This document shows, one piece after another, positions 22,703-34,224 of a stretch of 64,000 nt of DNA. Source of the stretch: an uncultured Solirubrobacterales bacterium (GTDB taxonomy: Bacteria; Actinomycetota; Thermoleophilia; Solirubrobacterales; Solirubrobacteraceae); the NCBI GenBank assembly GCA_963806475.1, contig CAWDYK010000013.1:211905-275904 (forward strand). The letters are read 5' to 3'. A program made the translations under genes and the position numbers. Within the stretch, counting starts at the first letter, position 1. Each line of letters starts with the position of its first letter. A model generated the notes under the pieces. The model did no database searches. It saw nothing but the letters and a program-made list of their open reading frames with translations, and was not told the DNA's origin.

Positions 22703-23253
22703 GGAATCGTCGACGCCCGCTGCCGGCGCCGGCGGAGCTCGCCGCGGGTGCCGGGCGTGGGGGGCTCCCGGTCCGCAGTGCGGGCGCGCCGGGGCTCGAG
22801 GCGCCGCCGTGGCGATGATGCGACACCGCGCGCGTGCGCGGGGCGTTCGCGCCGTCTGAGCCCGTAACGACCCTGGCGGCGGCCACCCGTCGCCCGACCG
22901 CGAACGCGGCGCTCAGCGGCGCCGCCGCGCTCGCCGCGGCCGCGTGAGCCGCGGCGGTCGAGGCAGCCGGTAGCGCCGCAGCGAGATCTGCGCGGCTGGG
23001 CCCTTCGGGAATCGGAACCCGGCCGAAACGCGGCGGCGACGACCCCGCGACCACCGGCCCGAGCGGAACATCGCCGGCAGGCAGGATGCCGAGGCCGGCC
23101 AGAACGAGCCCAGCGAGCCAGGACAACGAACACGATCGCGATGATCCGTCCGCCACGGGCGAGCATCCGCGCCCGGCGACCCGATGGGTCGGCGAGGACA
23201 GGAGCCGCGGCAGGAGCGGGCTGCCGGCCGCGGAGATCGATGATCTCGGCCAT
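22703..23253 (-). pseudogene. Membrane-anchored hypothetical protein, frameshifted and joined to the GT2 remnant
   Basis: VLADPSGRRARMLA..TM..WLAGLVLAGLGILP then low-complexity sequence. Confidence 0.4.
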
Positions 23254-23311
23254 CGGGAGGCGTTAACAGGCTAACCGGGACCAGTGTTGCGGGCGCTGCT
23301 CGGCGGCCCGC

Positions 23312-23911
23312 CTACACCGCCCGGCGCCCCGTCAGCGCCCGCCCGAGCGTCAGCTCGTCGGCGTACTCGAGGTCAGCGCCGACCGGCAGGCCGCTGGCCA
23401 GACGCGTCACCGAGACTTCGGGGGCGACCGAGCGAATCCCCTCCGCGATGTGCAGCGCGGTCGCCTCGCCGGTCGTCGTCGGATTGGTCGCGACCACCAC
23501 CTCGCGCACGGCGCCGCCCCGGACTCGCTGATAGAGCTCTGCGATCTTCAGGTCCTCCGGGTCGACCCCATCGATCGGCGACAGCGCGCCGCCGAGGACG
23601 TGGTAGCGGCCGCTGAACTCGTGCGTGCGCTCGATCGAGATCACGTCGGAGGGCTCCTCGACCACACAGATCAGCTCCGGGTCGCGGCGCCCGTCGGCGC
23701 AGATCCGGCACCTCGGCTCGTCCGCGAGGTTGAAGCATTCCGTACACAGCCCGATCCGCTGCTTGACCTCCCGGATCGCGTCCGCGAGCGACAGCGCGTC
23801 GTCCTCACTCGCCCGGAGCAGGTGGAACGCAAGGCGCTGCGCCGTGCGGCCCCCGACCCCCGGCAGCTTCGAGAGCTCGGTGATCAGGCGCTGGACCGGT
23901 GGGGCATACAC
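23312..23911 (-). CDS. recR: Recombination mediator RecR
   Basis: LPGVGGRTAQRLAF, C4 Zn finger, YHVLGGALSP, TGEATA. Confidence 0.97.
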   Translation of the reverse strand: MYAPPVQRLITELSKLPGVGGRTAQRLAFHLLRASEDDALSLADAIREVKQRIGLCTECFNLADEPRCRICADGRRDPELICVVEEPSDVISIERTHEFSGRYHVLGGALSPIDGVDPEDLKIAELYQRVRGGAVREVVVATNPTTTGEATALHIAEGIRSVAPEVSVTRLASGLPVGADLEYADELTLGRALTGRRAV

Positions 23912-23917
23912 GCTTGG

Positions 23918-24250
23918 CTACAGGCCCGGCAGCCCCAGCCCGCCCAGGCCGCCGAGGTCGCCGGCGATTCCGCCGAGCTTCGAGCTGGCCAGCTCCTGGG
24001 CCGCGCGCAGCCCCTCGTTGACGGCCGCCAGCACCATATCCTGGAGCAGCTCGACGTCGTCGGGGTCGACCGCCTGCGGATCGATCGTGATCGACTTCAC
24101 GTGCAGGTCGCCCGTCACTTGGACCGTGACCATCCCGCCGCCGGCCGAGGCGTCGACCACCTCGTCCTTGAGCGATTCCTGCGCGGCCATCATGTCCTGC
24201 TGCATCTTCTGGACCTGCTTGAGCATCTGCTGCATGTTCGGTTGTGGCAT
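23918..24250 (-). CDS. ybaB: YbaB/EbfC nucleoid-associated protein
   Basis: ASAGGGMVTV, DPDDVELLQDMVLAAVN; lies between dnaX and recR. Confidence 0.95.
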   Translation of the reverse strand: MPQPNMQQMLKQVQKMQQDMMAAQESLKDEVVDASAGGGMVTVQVTGDLHVKSITIDPQAVDPDDVELLQDMVLAAVNEGLRAAQELASSKLGGIAGDLGGLGGLGLPGL

Positions 24251-25903
24251 CTATCTCGCCTCACGTTCGTCGTCGTCTAGGAGCTCCTCCGCGTCGAACT
24301 CCTCGAGAAAGCGTCGCACGAGCTCCTCACCGGAGAGGGTCGGCGCGCCCTGCGGCCCATCGTCGGGCTCGTCGAGATCGCGCAGCTCATAGCGCAACGC
24401 GAGCGATCGCCCGGTCACCTTCCGAAACGCGCCCGCGGCCACGCGGCGGTGGTCGTCCTGCTCGGCCTTGCGTTTGAGGAAGGCGGCACCGGAGGGAAAC
24501 GCAAGTGTCAGCTCGCGCTCCGAGACCGCAACCGGCCGGGCGTCGGAGAGCAGCGCCGCGAGCATCGCGTTGCTCTCCTTGACGTTCGCGATCACGGCCG
24601 GCCACGAGTCGGCGACGCTGTCGAGAGCCACGGTTGCAGGGGGCTCTGGATCGGGTGCGGGCACGGGCACGGGCACGGCGCGTTCCCCGTTCGACTGCGG
24701 CGCCGGCGCCTGCATCTGCGCCCGGCGCAACGACGGCTCAGCGCCCATCCCCGCCTCGAGCCGCTCGATCCGGGCAAGCAGGGCCGAGGTCGACGGATCG
24801 ACCTCGGGCGCCGCCGCCTTGATCAGCACGAGCTCGAGCTGAATCCGCGCCTGCGCGCCGTTCGCGGTCGCCTCCAGCGCAGCGGAGACGAGGTCGAGCA
24901 GCCGCACGGCGTCGGTCTCGGCGAGCGATTGCGCCTGCTCGACGAGCCGGCGGTCGCGCTCGGGCGTTACCCGCAGCTCGGGCGGCACTTCACCGAGCAC
25001 CTGCACGCTCAGGAGCTCCCGGCCGTGTACCTCGAGGTCGCGCAACACCTGTCCCGGGTCGCGCCCCGACTCGGCGAGCCGCGCCGCCGCGCGAAGCGCC
25101 TCGGCCGGGTCGCGCGCGATGATCGCGTCGACCGCGGCGAACAGCTGCTCGGCGTCGGCCACACCGAGCACCGCGAGCACGTCGGCCGGCTGGATGCGCT
25201 CCTCGCCGGCATACGTGACCAGTTGCTCGAGCGTGCCCAGCGCGTCGCGGAAGCTCCCGGTCGCGTGGCGGGCGATCAGCGCCAGCGCGCCCTCGTCGAT
25301 GTCGATCTGCTCCTCGGCGGCGACGCGGGCGAGCACCTTCGCGACCTGCTCGACCGACGGACGACCGAAGTCGAAGCGGTGGCAGCGGTCGACGACGGTC
25401 GGCAGCACCTTCTGCGCCTCGGTCGTGGCGAGCACGAAGATCGTCCGCGGCGGCGGCTCCTCAAGCGTTTTCAGAAACGCATTCCAGGCCTGCTGGCTCA
25501 GCATGTGGGCCTCGTCAAGGATGTACACCTTGTGCCGGCCCGAAACCGGCGCATAGGCCACTTTCTCCCGGAGGTCGCGGATGTCGTCGACCGAGTTGTT
25601 GGACGCGGCGTCCATCTCGATCACGTCGAGCGAGGTCGCGTTCTGGATTGCGACGCACGACTCACAGTGGCCGCACGGGGTGACCGTCGGGTGGGTGGGA
25701 CTGGCATCACAGTTCAGGCAAGCCGCCAGGATCTTGGCCATGCTCGTCTTCCCGGTCCCGCGCGAGCCGACGAACAGGTACGCATGGTGGACCTTGCCGC
25801 GCTCGACTGCGTTCGAGAGCGTCCGCACGACGTGCTCCTGGCCGACGACGTCCGCGAACGTCCGCGGCCGGTGGCGGCGGTAGAGCGAGGGGCCGATGGA
25901 CAC
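24251..25903 (-). CDS. dnaX: DNA polymerase III subunit gamma/tau
   Basis: LYRRHRP, GSRGTGKTS, DEAHML, FLKTLEEPP. Confidence 0.96.
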   Translation of the reverse strand: MSIGPSLYRRHRPRTFADVVGQEHVVRTLSNAVERGKVHHAYLFVGSRGTGKTSMAKILAACLNCDASPTHPTVTPCGHCESCVAIQNATSLDVIEMDAASNNSVDDIRDLREKVAYAPVSGRHKVYILDEAHMLSQQAWNAFLKTLEEPPPRTIFVLATTEAQKVLPTVVDRCHRFDFGRPSVEQVAKVLARVAAEEQIDIDEGALALIARHATGSFRDALGTLEQLVTYAGEERIQPADVLAVLGVADAEQLFAAVDAIIARDPAEALRAAARLAESGRDPGQVLRDLEVHGRELLSVQVLGEVPPELRVTPERDRRLVEQAQSLAETDAVRLLDLVSAALEATANGAQARIQLELVLIKAAAPEVDPSTSALLARIERLEAGMGAEPSLRRAQMQAPAPQSNGERAVPVPVPAPDPEPPATVALDSVADSWPAVIANVKESNAMLAALLSDARPVAVSERELTLAFPSGAAFLKRKAEQDDHRRVAAGAFRKVTGRSLALRYELRDLDEPDDGPQGAPTLSGEELVRRFLEEFDAEELLDDDEREAR

Positions 25904-25965
25904 GAAGTCCGAGTCTAGTGATGGCAGGGGCGCATGCGCGCCCCCCGGGACAACGCTGATAAAGC

Positions 25966-26238
25966 GGACCGTGCACCCTCTGTCGAGGCGGGGACCCGGG
26001 GCGCGGCCGTCGCTTGTGACTCCGGTTCGGCACCCCCGCTGCGCCTGGAGGTGGCCGCTTAAGGCTGCTTCCTTCCGGACCTGACCTGGTTCACGGGTCT
26101 CCATCGCTGCGGGACCGGACCATCGACGCCACTGACGAGGCGCTGACCTCGGGCCTCCAGCCCCTCGAGAGGGAATTCAGCCCCGCTAGAGCGGATTGCG
26201 GGTACAGGGCACCGCTAGCGCCCCGCCTAGCACGGTCC
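25966..26238 (-). ncRNA. ffs: Signal recognition particle RNA, large (Alu-containing) type
   Basis: Helix-8 GUCAGGUCCGGAAGGAAGCAGC; 5' Alu GCGGUGCCCUGUACCCGCAAUCCGC; terminal GGACCGUGC/GCACGGUCC pairing; upstream of dnaX. Confidence 0.93.
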
Positions 26239-26353
26239 ACTGTTGATCGTAGTCGCTTTTCGCCCGTTCGTGGCGCGTCTCCCGTATTGACTACGTATCG
26301 TGATGCGGCGTGGGGCCGATGACGCCCGGTGCCGGCATCGCTACGGTTCGGCG

Positions 26354-27685
26354 ATGAGCGCGCTGGCCTGCAATCCGTGGGTGGCTGTGGATGTGGCCAC
26401 CGACCCACTGGCCCGCGCACGGGATCTGCAGCGCGCGCACGAGCGCGTCATCGGCGGCGGCGCGGTCACGTCCCGGGACGTGCGCGGGTTGGTGGCGGCG
26501 AGCTGGCGGCGGAGCCTCGCGGCCGGCGTCGCACCGGACGCGCCGGGCGCGCCGGTGCGACTTGTCGGCGATGCGCTCGTTGCCGCTCGCGAGCGCTCCG
26601 GGCTGGCGCCGGCCATCGAGACGATCCTCCAGACGGTCTCGATCGTCGGCGGCTCGGCGCACCACGTGGTCGCAATCGGCGATGCCGAGGCCAACCTCCT
26701 GTGGATCGCAGGCGACCCCCGTACGGTGGACCGCGCCGGTGAGATGCGCTTCAGCGAGGGAGCGTCCTGGTCAGAGTCGGCGACCGGCACGAACGCGGTC
26801 GGCACGGCGGTCGCGCTCGACCATGCGGTGCAGATCTTCTCCGCCGAGCACGTGGTGACGGCGGTCCACCAATGGACGTGCTCGGCCGCCCCGATCCACG
26901 ATCCCGCGACGGGCGCGCTGATCGGGGTGGTCGACCTCACCGCCGACCTGCGGACGGCGCATCCGCACACGCTGTCGCTTGCAGCGCTCGCCGCTGGGGC
27001 GGCGGAGGCCAAGCTGCGCGCCGATGCGCTCGCGCGGGCCGCGCGCCAGGGCGATCGGACAGACCCGGCGCTGCGGCGCCCGCGCGCCCGCACCCGCACG
27101 CGCGCCCCTCGTCTCCGTCTGCGTCTTCTCGGCCGCGACGTCGCGGCGCGTCTGGGGAACGCGCCGCCCGAGCGCGCGCTGCGCTCGCTCGAGCTGCTTG
27201 CTGTGCTCGCGATGCGTCGCGAGGGCCTGAGCAGCGAGCAGCTGGCGCTGGCCCTGTACGGGGAGCGGGGCAAGACCGTCACGATCCGAACCCAGGTCCA
27301 CCGGGTGCGCGCCCGCGTAGGCGAGCAGATGCTCCGCACCACCCCGTATCGGCTTGCCGGGTCGATCGAGGCGGACTGGCTCGAGGTCGGCCGCCTCATC
27401 GCCGCTGGCCGTCCGGATGCCGCGATCCGCGCATACCGCGGCGCACTGCTGCCCGAGTCCGAGGCGCCGGCGATCGTCGAGGCCCGGAACCTGCTGGAGG
27501 AATCGCTGCCGCGCAGCATCCTCACCACCGCGGACCCGGAACTGCTGTCGTGCTGGCTCGCGCACCCCGCTGGCGCCGATGACCTCGCAGCAGCGCGGAC
27601 GCTGGTGGCCGTGCTGACGGCGGGCGATCCGAGGCGCGCGGCCGCGACGGCGACCGCAGCTGCAATCGCGCGCCGCATGTCCTAG
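26354..27685 (+). CDS. GAF-domain transcriptional regulator (AcoR-like N-terminus)
   Basis: SWRRS, WSESATGTNAVGTA, WTCSAAPIHDP; next to the ALDH remnant. Confidence 0.88.
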   Translation: MSALACNPWVAVDVATDPLARARDLQRAHERVIGGGAVTSRDVRGLVAASWRRSLAAGVAPDAPGAPVRLVGDALVAARERSGLAPAIETILQTVSIVGGSAHHVVAIGDAEANLLWIAGDPRTVDRAGEMRFSEGASWSESATGTNAVGTAVALDHAVQIFSAEHVVTAVHQWTCSAAPIHDPATGALIGVVDLTADLRTAHPHTLSLAALAAGAAEAKLRADALARAARQGDRTDPALRRPRARTRTRAPRLRLRLLGRDVAARLGNAPPERALRSLELLAVLAMRREGLSSEQLALALYGERGKTVTIRTQVHRVRARVGEQMLRTTPYRLAGSIEADWLEVGRLIAAGRPDAAIRAYRGALLPESEAPAIVEARNLLEESLPRSILTTADPELLSCWLAHPAGADDLAAARTLVAVLTAGDPRRAAATATAAAIARRMS

Positions 27686-27762
27686 TGGCGCAACGCGCTT
27701 GCAACCCTCCCGGCCGTAGCTTGCCCGCCCTCGCAAGCTGATCCCTACGAGGAGGAGAGACA

Positions 27763-28590
27763 ATGGCAACGACCGTCGAGACGAGCATCCCTGCTTCGAG
27801 CTTCTTGACCCAGCCAAAGAGCCGGTCCGGGCAGATCATCCCGTGGAACTTCCCGCTTCTGATGGCGGCGTGGAAGCTCGGTCCGGCGCTCGCGACCGGC
27901 TGCACGGTCGTGCTCAAGCCCGCCGAGCAAACGCCGCTGAGCGCTCTGCGACTGGCGGAGCCGATGCTCGAAGCCGGCCTGTTCGCCGGTGTCGTCAACG
28001 TCGTCACCGGTGCTGCTGCGCCGGCTCGCGTCTGTACATCGAGCACAAGGTCTACGACGACGTCCTCTCCGGCGTCGCCGACCGCGCACGAAAGATCAAG
28101 GTCGGGCGCGGGCTCGATTCCGATACGGAGATGGGCCGCTTGTGTCGGCGGAGCAGCTCGAGCGGGTGACGGACTACCTCGACTCCGGGCAGCGCGAGGG
28201 CGTCCGCGCGGTCTGCGGCGGCGCGCAGGCCGGCCAGCTACTTCGTCGCGCCGACCGTGCTCGACGGCGCCGGCCCGGGTAACAAGGTCTTCGACGAGGA
28301 GATCTTCGGGCCGGTCGTGACCGCGATCCCGTTCAAGGACGTCGACCAGTCGCGCCCGCCGCAAACGAGACCGTCTACGGCCTGGCGGCCGGGATCTGGA
28401 CCAACGACCTGACGAAGGCGCACCGCCTGATCCCGCAGCTACGGGCCGGGACGGTGTGGGTCAACACCTACAACATCTTCGACGCCGCGCTCCCGTTCGG
28501 CGGCTACAAGCGTCGGGTTGGGATCGCGAGATGAGCGAAGAGGTGATCCACGAGTACACCGAGACCAAATCAGTCTGCATCGGGCTGTAA
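27763..28590 (+). pseudogene. Aldehyde dehydrogenase remnant with internal deletions
   Basis: [39 protein letters not shown] in ~830 bp versus ~1.5 kb expected. Confidence 0.85.
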
Positions 28591-28740
28591 ACGGGCCACA
28601 GCCCGGCAGTGATCGCCCGCGGGGTCGCGCATCGACGGCGAGGCCTCGCGGGCATCTTCATTTGCGGCCGCGCGTGTGCGACGTCAACGGCGGGCAGGAC
28701 ATGTAGCGACCCGCCTCCGCCCCGTAGAATGCGCGGTCCC

Positions 28741-28812
28741 GGGCGCGTAGCTCAGTGGGAGAGCGCTCGCTTCACACGCGAGAGGTCGCTGGTTCAAGCC
28801 CAGCCGTGCCCA
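28741..28812 (+). tRNA. tRNA-Val(CAC); probable island integration site
   Basis: Cloverleaf GGGCGCG..CGTGCCCA, anticodon arm CTCGC-TTCACAC-GCGAG, GGTTCAA T-loop. Confidence 0.95.
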
Positions 28813-29031
28813 TTACAAAGTCCCTGTAAATCGTCATGTTTCTTGCAGGCTCTCAGGCTGATCGCGGACCGCGAGGGACGCAATTCGGGCCAGGGGACTA
28901 TTCACGGGACTAAACCCGCCCGGCTCGCGCCGCGGCGCACGGGAGAATTCCCGGTGTGAGTAGAGACGCCTCGCTCTTTGTGGTGGTGAGGGACCGGATC
29001 GGCCGGTCTCCGATCCAACGAGGAGGCTCAC

Positions 29032-30164
29032 ATGAGCGCTGGTGACAACACACGCGACGATCGCTGGCGGCCCGGGTTCGCGTCAAGCGAGCGGCGGGTG
29101 CGCGAGGAGCTGGCTGACGCGGCCGACGAGACGGAGCGGCGTGTCTTCAGCCGGGAGCTGTCGTTCGTCCCGTCGCAGACCGTGCCGAGGTTCGAGGCGC
29201 ACGACGCGCAGACGCGCGCGCTGATCGCCGAGCAGAAGCGTCTCGAGGCGCTGCGGTATGGAGCCGAGATCGCGAAGCGGCTCGACGAGTGGAAGTGGAT
29301 CGACACGATGTACGACGCCGCGCAGAAGCAGGCGCATCTCGAGCCGCTGATCTTCACCGTCCAGCGCGACCCCGTTCGCCACGAGGACATCCTGCTGTTC
29401 CTCCTGATCGTCCTGGAGCCGATCCGTCGAGGCGTGAGCGCGCGCTTCGTCCATGCTCACGGCGGGGTCAGCCGGCAGCAGTCGGTGGACTGGCGCGATC
29501 GCGCGCAAGCGCGGATGATCCGCGAGATCGAGCGCGAGACGCTCTACGACGTCACTCGCGAGGCGGTGATGGAAGCGATCTTCCGCTATCCGGCCGAGGG
29601 CGCGCGAGCACTGTTTCCGTGGTTCCGCGACGTCGTTGCGCGCCACGCGCTGTTCGAGCTGCGCAAGGACCTCACGGACGACAAGACGTCGCTCAGCGGC
29701 GCCGAAGCCGAGGCGCTGCAGCTCGCGCTGACTGATCTCGACAGCCGTTGAACCGCCGGTGATGCGCGAGCGCACAGGACTCGTGTGGTGGCGGCGGCAG
29801 CTGCCCGTCCGCGACCTGTACGGGACCGTGGAGGACTTCCATCGCCACGGGACGGTCCGGCGGGTGTGCAACGAGGCGATCGGCCGGCTGCCGAAGGTGC
29901 AGGCGCGAGGTGATCGACGGCCTCTTCTTCCAGGAGCGCACGCCCGAGGATCTTGCTCAACTGCGCGGCTGTACCAGGAGCACGACCTACAACAACAAGG
30001 CGAAGGCTGCGCGCAACATGGAGCAGGACGACTGCTTCTACGCCGCGCTGTTCCGCCTCGGGATCCTCCGCGACCAAGCACGCGCCGCCGAGATCAAGCG
30101 CCGCTACCCCGACGGGCGCCACCCGAGCGGCCGGCGGATCGTTCTGATCGACGAGGCGGCGTAG
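29032..30164 (+). CDS. Sigma-70/ECF-like protein with long N-terminal extension (two frameshifts)
   Basis: Region-2-like LFPWFRDVVARHALFELRK; region-4-like AIGRLPKVQ..IDGLFFQERTPEDLAQLRGCTRSTTYNNKAKA. Confidence 0.6.
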
Positions 30165-30356
30165 CGATGGTCGTGCTCTCCGAGGTCGCGCTGGCCGCAT
30201 CCACGGCCAGCAGCGCCGCGGCGTTCGCGCTCACGATCCTGAGGATCGCCGATCGCCAGCCTCGTCGACGAAGGCCACGGCGTCGCCGACGGCCGGCGAA
30301 GCGACGGGTCCGTCTGAGCTCCCCCGGGCGTAGCCGCTCGACGAGGACCCGGTGGC

Positions 30357-31821
30357 TCAGTCGTCCGGCGCTCGATTCGGATCGTCGGCCAGCCGTTCAA
30401 CCGCCCGGTCGAACTCGCCCTTCTCGACGGTCGCGGAGCGAGTACCGCTTCGGGTGACCTGCCGGCTGGGCTGACGCTCCGCGGGCTCGTCGGCGAACCG
30501 CATCAGCGCCCAGACCGCCTGCTCGTCCACGTAGCGTCTTGTCGCGACCTGCTGGTAGACGGAGAACGTGAACGCCGGGCTGACGTGCCCGATCTGCGCG
30601 GCGATCCACTTGGGGTCGCGACCGATCATCGCGGCGAACGTCGCCCACGTGCGCCGCAGCGAGTGCGGGGTGATGTCCGGCAATGGCGGAGCGCCGGTCT
30701 CGGTGCGGTTCGACGTGGCGCGCTCGACCGCCCGAGCGAGGATCCGGTCACGAAAGCGGTCGGGATCGCGACGGCGACCGGTGTTCGTGCCGAAGAAGTG
30801 GTCGGCCGGATCGTGCGGCAGCCCGCGAGCGCGACGGTCCATCGACGTACTCAAGCAGCTCGTCACGCAGGTAGAGCGTGATCTCGACCTCGCGCACGCC
30901 GGCCTCGGTCTTCGCGTCGGCGAGCTTGAACCGCCCCCGGGTGAGGTCGACTTGCGCGACCTTGAGATCGATCAGCTCGCTGATCCGCAGCCCGGCGAGT
31001 CCGAGCGTCGCAACCATCGCGCGGCGTCCGAGACCTTGGAAGTCGCTGCGCGCCTCGGCCTCGAGCTCGCCTGCGGCGTCCAGCAGCGAGTGGAACTCGT
31101 CGACCTCGAGGAACGTTCGCCGCGGGCGCGTTCGCTTGAGGAACCGAGCGGACCTCCCGCCGACGCGGACGGGGTTGCGGTCGATCAGCTCGTAGTCCAC
31201 CGCCTGCTGCAGGATCTGACCGAGCAGCGTGATCATCGAGTTGATCGACGTGTTCGAGAGCGGCCGGCGCCGGCGCTCGTAGGTCCGGCCGTGCTTGTCG
31301 GTGACAGTCTCCATCAGCGGTCGCCGGCCCTTCTCGATGCGTGCGCGCTCCTGAGCGCGGCGGATCGTCTCGGCCTGCTCATGCAGCTCGTCACGGAACC
31401 GATCGACGAGCTGCGGCGAGATCTCGCCGACCCGGAAGCGACCGAAGAACCGGTCCAGATACCCCAGGCGCCACTCGTAGTCGTTGATCGTGTCCTCGTC
31501 AAGGCCGAGCTGCTTCGAGCGCCACCACCGCTTGGCGAACACTCGGAAGCTCTCGTCGAGCCGGACGCCGATCGCCGCCATCGACTCCTCGAGGCGGTCC
31601 TCGCGCGGCTGGAGCCTGGGCGGCACCCAGGTGCCTCGCTCGATCTGCTGGACGATCCGCTCGGTCTCGAGCTCCGCTCTCGTCCGGTTCCATCCCTGCT
31701 TGTTGGTGCCGAACGTGACCTTCTCGTATCGGCCGTAAGCCCGGACCTTCGCGCCGAAGCTGACCGTCGCGCCATCCGCCCACGGCCGCTCGACGACGTG
31801 TCCCGCCGTTGGGCGCGGCAT
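30357..31821 (-). CDS. Tyrosine recombinase/integrase (frameshift near 30840)
   Basis: AGLRISEL, AKTEAG, TPHSLRRT, QIGH, VY catalytic motifs. Confidence 0.92.
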
Positions 31822-32023
31822 CAGACTGCGTTCCTGAAACTCTTGCGCTGCATCGACGATGATCCTGCGTTCGCGGGTCTTCCCGCGCTCGACGGCGAAG
31901 GAGCCGCCTGCTCGAGGTGTCATCGTCGCACACGAACTGTCGCGTGCCGCTGACCGACCGGGCACGTTGGAGCGTTTCTCGCGCGAGGGGGCCGGGCGTC
32001 AGCGGTCGCGCCGCGGTGAGACA

Positions 32024-32242
32024 TCACGACCGTGCGCGGCCGTTTCGCAAGCGCCGGCGGCTCGTGTCGCCCGACGTGCCCTCAAGCAACCGCCTGGCAC
32101 GGTCGAGATCGAAGCGAATGCGGGCCCTCGGCCCGGAGCCGAGGCGCATGGCCCCAAGCTCTCCAGCATGGCTATAGACGAAGTCCAACGAGACCCCCAG
32201 TTCCTGCGCGAGCTGCCGGGCGTCGACGAGCCCGAAGGTCAT
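32024..32242 (-). CDS. Excisionase-like HTH protein
   Basis: LVDARQLAQELGVSLDFVY...RIRFD, upstream of the integrase. Confidence 0.75.
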   Translation of the reverse strand: MTFGLVDARQLAQELGVSLDFVYSHAGELGAMRLGSGPRARIRFDLDRARRLLEGTSGDTSRRRLRNGRARS

Positions 32243-32404
32243 AGCGCTGGAGCCAACGATTTCGGACAATCGGGCGGCGGTTGCTTCCGCGATCGCTTCG
32301 ATGTCGCCTGGGCGTAAGGTCGTGGTCGGGTCGCCGGGTCGGGTTGCTGCCTCATGTCGCAGAGTTCAGGTATGCCGCCCGCGACCGCCGGTCCCGGAGT
32401 GGTC

Positions 32405-32774
32405 TTAGGTTTCAGCCTCGCTCCCGGCCGCCATGCGAGCGGCTGACCAGGTCTCGAACAGCGTGCTCACGACGCTCGGCGACGGCCAGTGGCCCCGCGC
32501 CAGCCGCCGCTGAGACTCCCCTCCTCTGGCTCGCGCGTGTGTGCGCGACCAGTCGTACGACGACGGCAACCGGCCGTACCGCTCGACGCCAGTCGAGCAT
32601 CGCCTCGACCACGAGCTCCCGGGTCCAGCGGCGCTCGATTGCGCCGGGATGGCAGGACTTGCAGTACGCGTACGCGTCGCCCTTGCCGTTGCGCGGCTGG
32701 GTGTAGGCGCCGCAGCCGCGGCACACGCCGACGTACCGGGCCTTGACCGCGCGCGCCTTCTCTCCGGTCGGGTC
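32405..32774 (-). pseudogene. 3' half of HTH/Zn-finger gene A (split by the serine-recombinase element)
   Basis: DPTGEKARAVKARYVGVCRGCG..YCKSCHPG..WTRELVVEAM..PSSYDW; no start; homologous to 53461-53824. Confidence 0.85.
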
Positions 32775-32790
32775 TGATGCATCTAAAGGG
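32755..32790. other. Hybrid att site, left junction of the LSR element
   Basis: Gene half CCGGTC-GGG joined to the element arm TCTGATGCATCTAAAG. Confidence 0.75.
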
Positions 32791-32824
32791 CGTAGCGTGC
32801 CCGAGGTACCGAGAGGAGCCCGCT

Positions 32825-34224
32825 GTGACCAGCAAGCCCCGTGCCGTCGCCGTCGTCCGTGTCAGCGCTCAGGGCGACCGCGCAGAGGAGCACTTCCACT
32901 CTCCCGAAGTGCAGCTCGACAGCGCCAAGCGGTGGGCGCGCAAGCGCCGCGAGCGGTTCGTCGCGCACTTCCCCGAGATCGACGTCTCGGGCAAGCGCCC
33001 GCTCGTCAAGCGCCCCGGCCTGCTCAGGGCCGTCGAGATGATCGAGGCCCGTCAGGCTGACCACATCGTCGTCGCCTATTTCGACCGGCTGGTGCGGTCG
33101 CTGAAGGTGCAGCTGGAGGTGATCGAGCGGGTCGAGAGGGCTGGTGGCGAGATCTTCGCGCTGGACCACGGCAAGCTGACGAACGGGACCGCCGCCACTC
33201 GCCTGTCGACGAACATGATGGGTGCGGTGTTCCAGTACTTCGCCGAGGTGACGGGCGAGAAGGTGACGGCCGCGCAGGCGCGCGCGGTGGCGCGCGGGGT
33301 GCTGCCGAACTCGCGGATCGTGCCCGGATACATGCGCGGCGAGGACGGTGTGCTGGTGGTCGTGCCTGAGCTGGCGCCAGCCGTGCGCGAGGTATTCCAG
33401 CGCCGCGACCGGGGCGCCACGATCGTCGAGCTGCAGGCGTTCCTGCTCGAGCGCGGGATCGAGCGGTCGGTCGCAGGTGTGGCATCGATGTTGCGCTCGC
33501 GGATGTACCTCGGCGAGATCCATTTCGGCGAGCTGCACAACCCGAGCGCTCATGAGCCGATCATCACCGATCGCGGCCTATTCGAGCGCGTGCAGCGGCG
33601 GACGGTCATGCGCGGGCGCCAAGCCAAGTCCGAGCGGCTGTTGGCGCGTCTCGGTGTGTTGCGCTGCGGGACGTGCGGGTCGCGGATGGTGATCAACAGC
33701 TACAGCGGCAACTACCGCTGCGGTGACACGAGCGCGAACCCGTGCCGGGGACGAGCGGCGGTCAAGGCCGACCGCGTCGAGGAGATCGTGCTGGACGCGC
33801 TCCGGGCGTACTCGGCTGTGGCCGACGCGCACGGACGGGCGTCGCGCAAGCAGCAGATCCGCGAGGCGGACGAGGCGATCGAACGCGCCAACGCAGATCT
33901 CGATGACACGATCCGCCAACTCGGCGAGCTTGGATTGTTGGGCCGGCCCGCTAGCCAGCAGACCCTGGAGAAGCTGACCAAGACGCTCGACGACGCCCAC
34001 AGCGCCCGGGCCCGACTCGGCGATGAGGGCGAGAGCGATGTCATCGGCCCTGACGAGATCGACAAGCTGCGCGACCCCGCAAAGCGCTTAGCGGCTTGGC
34101 GACGGCTGATCACACACCGATCGAGTCGGTTACGGTCGCGCCGGCGATGACGGCGGATGGGCGACCCAGTCGCCTCTGGGACCCTCGCCGAATCGACATC
34201 AGGTTCCGGGGCCAGCATCCATAA
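32825..34224 (+). CDS. Large serine recombinase (frameshift near 34112)
   Basis: VRVS catalytic Ser, DVSGK..RPGL, FDRLVRS, recombinase domain, Zn ribbon LRCGTCG..YRC. Confidence 0.93.

Noticed and set aside
24251-26104. Long N-terminal extension of DnaX
   Set aside because: It overlaps the SRP RNA; the start is near 25903
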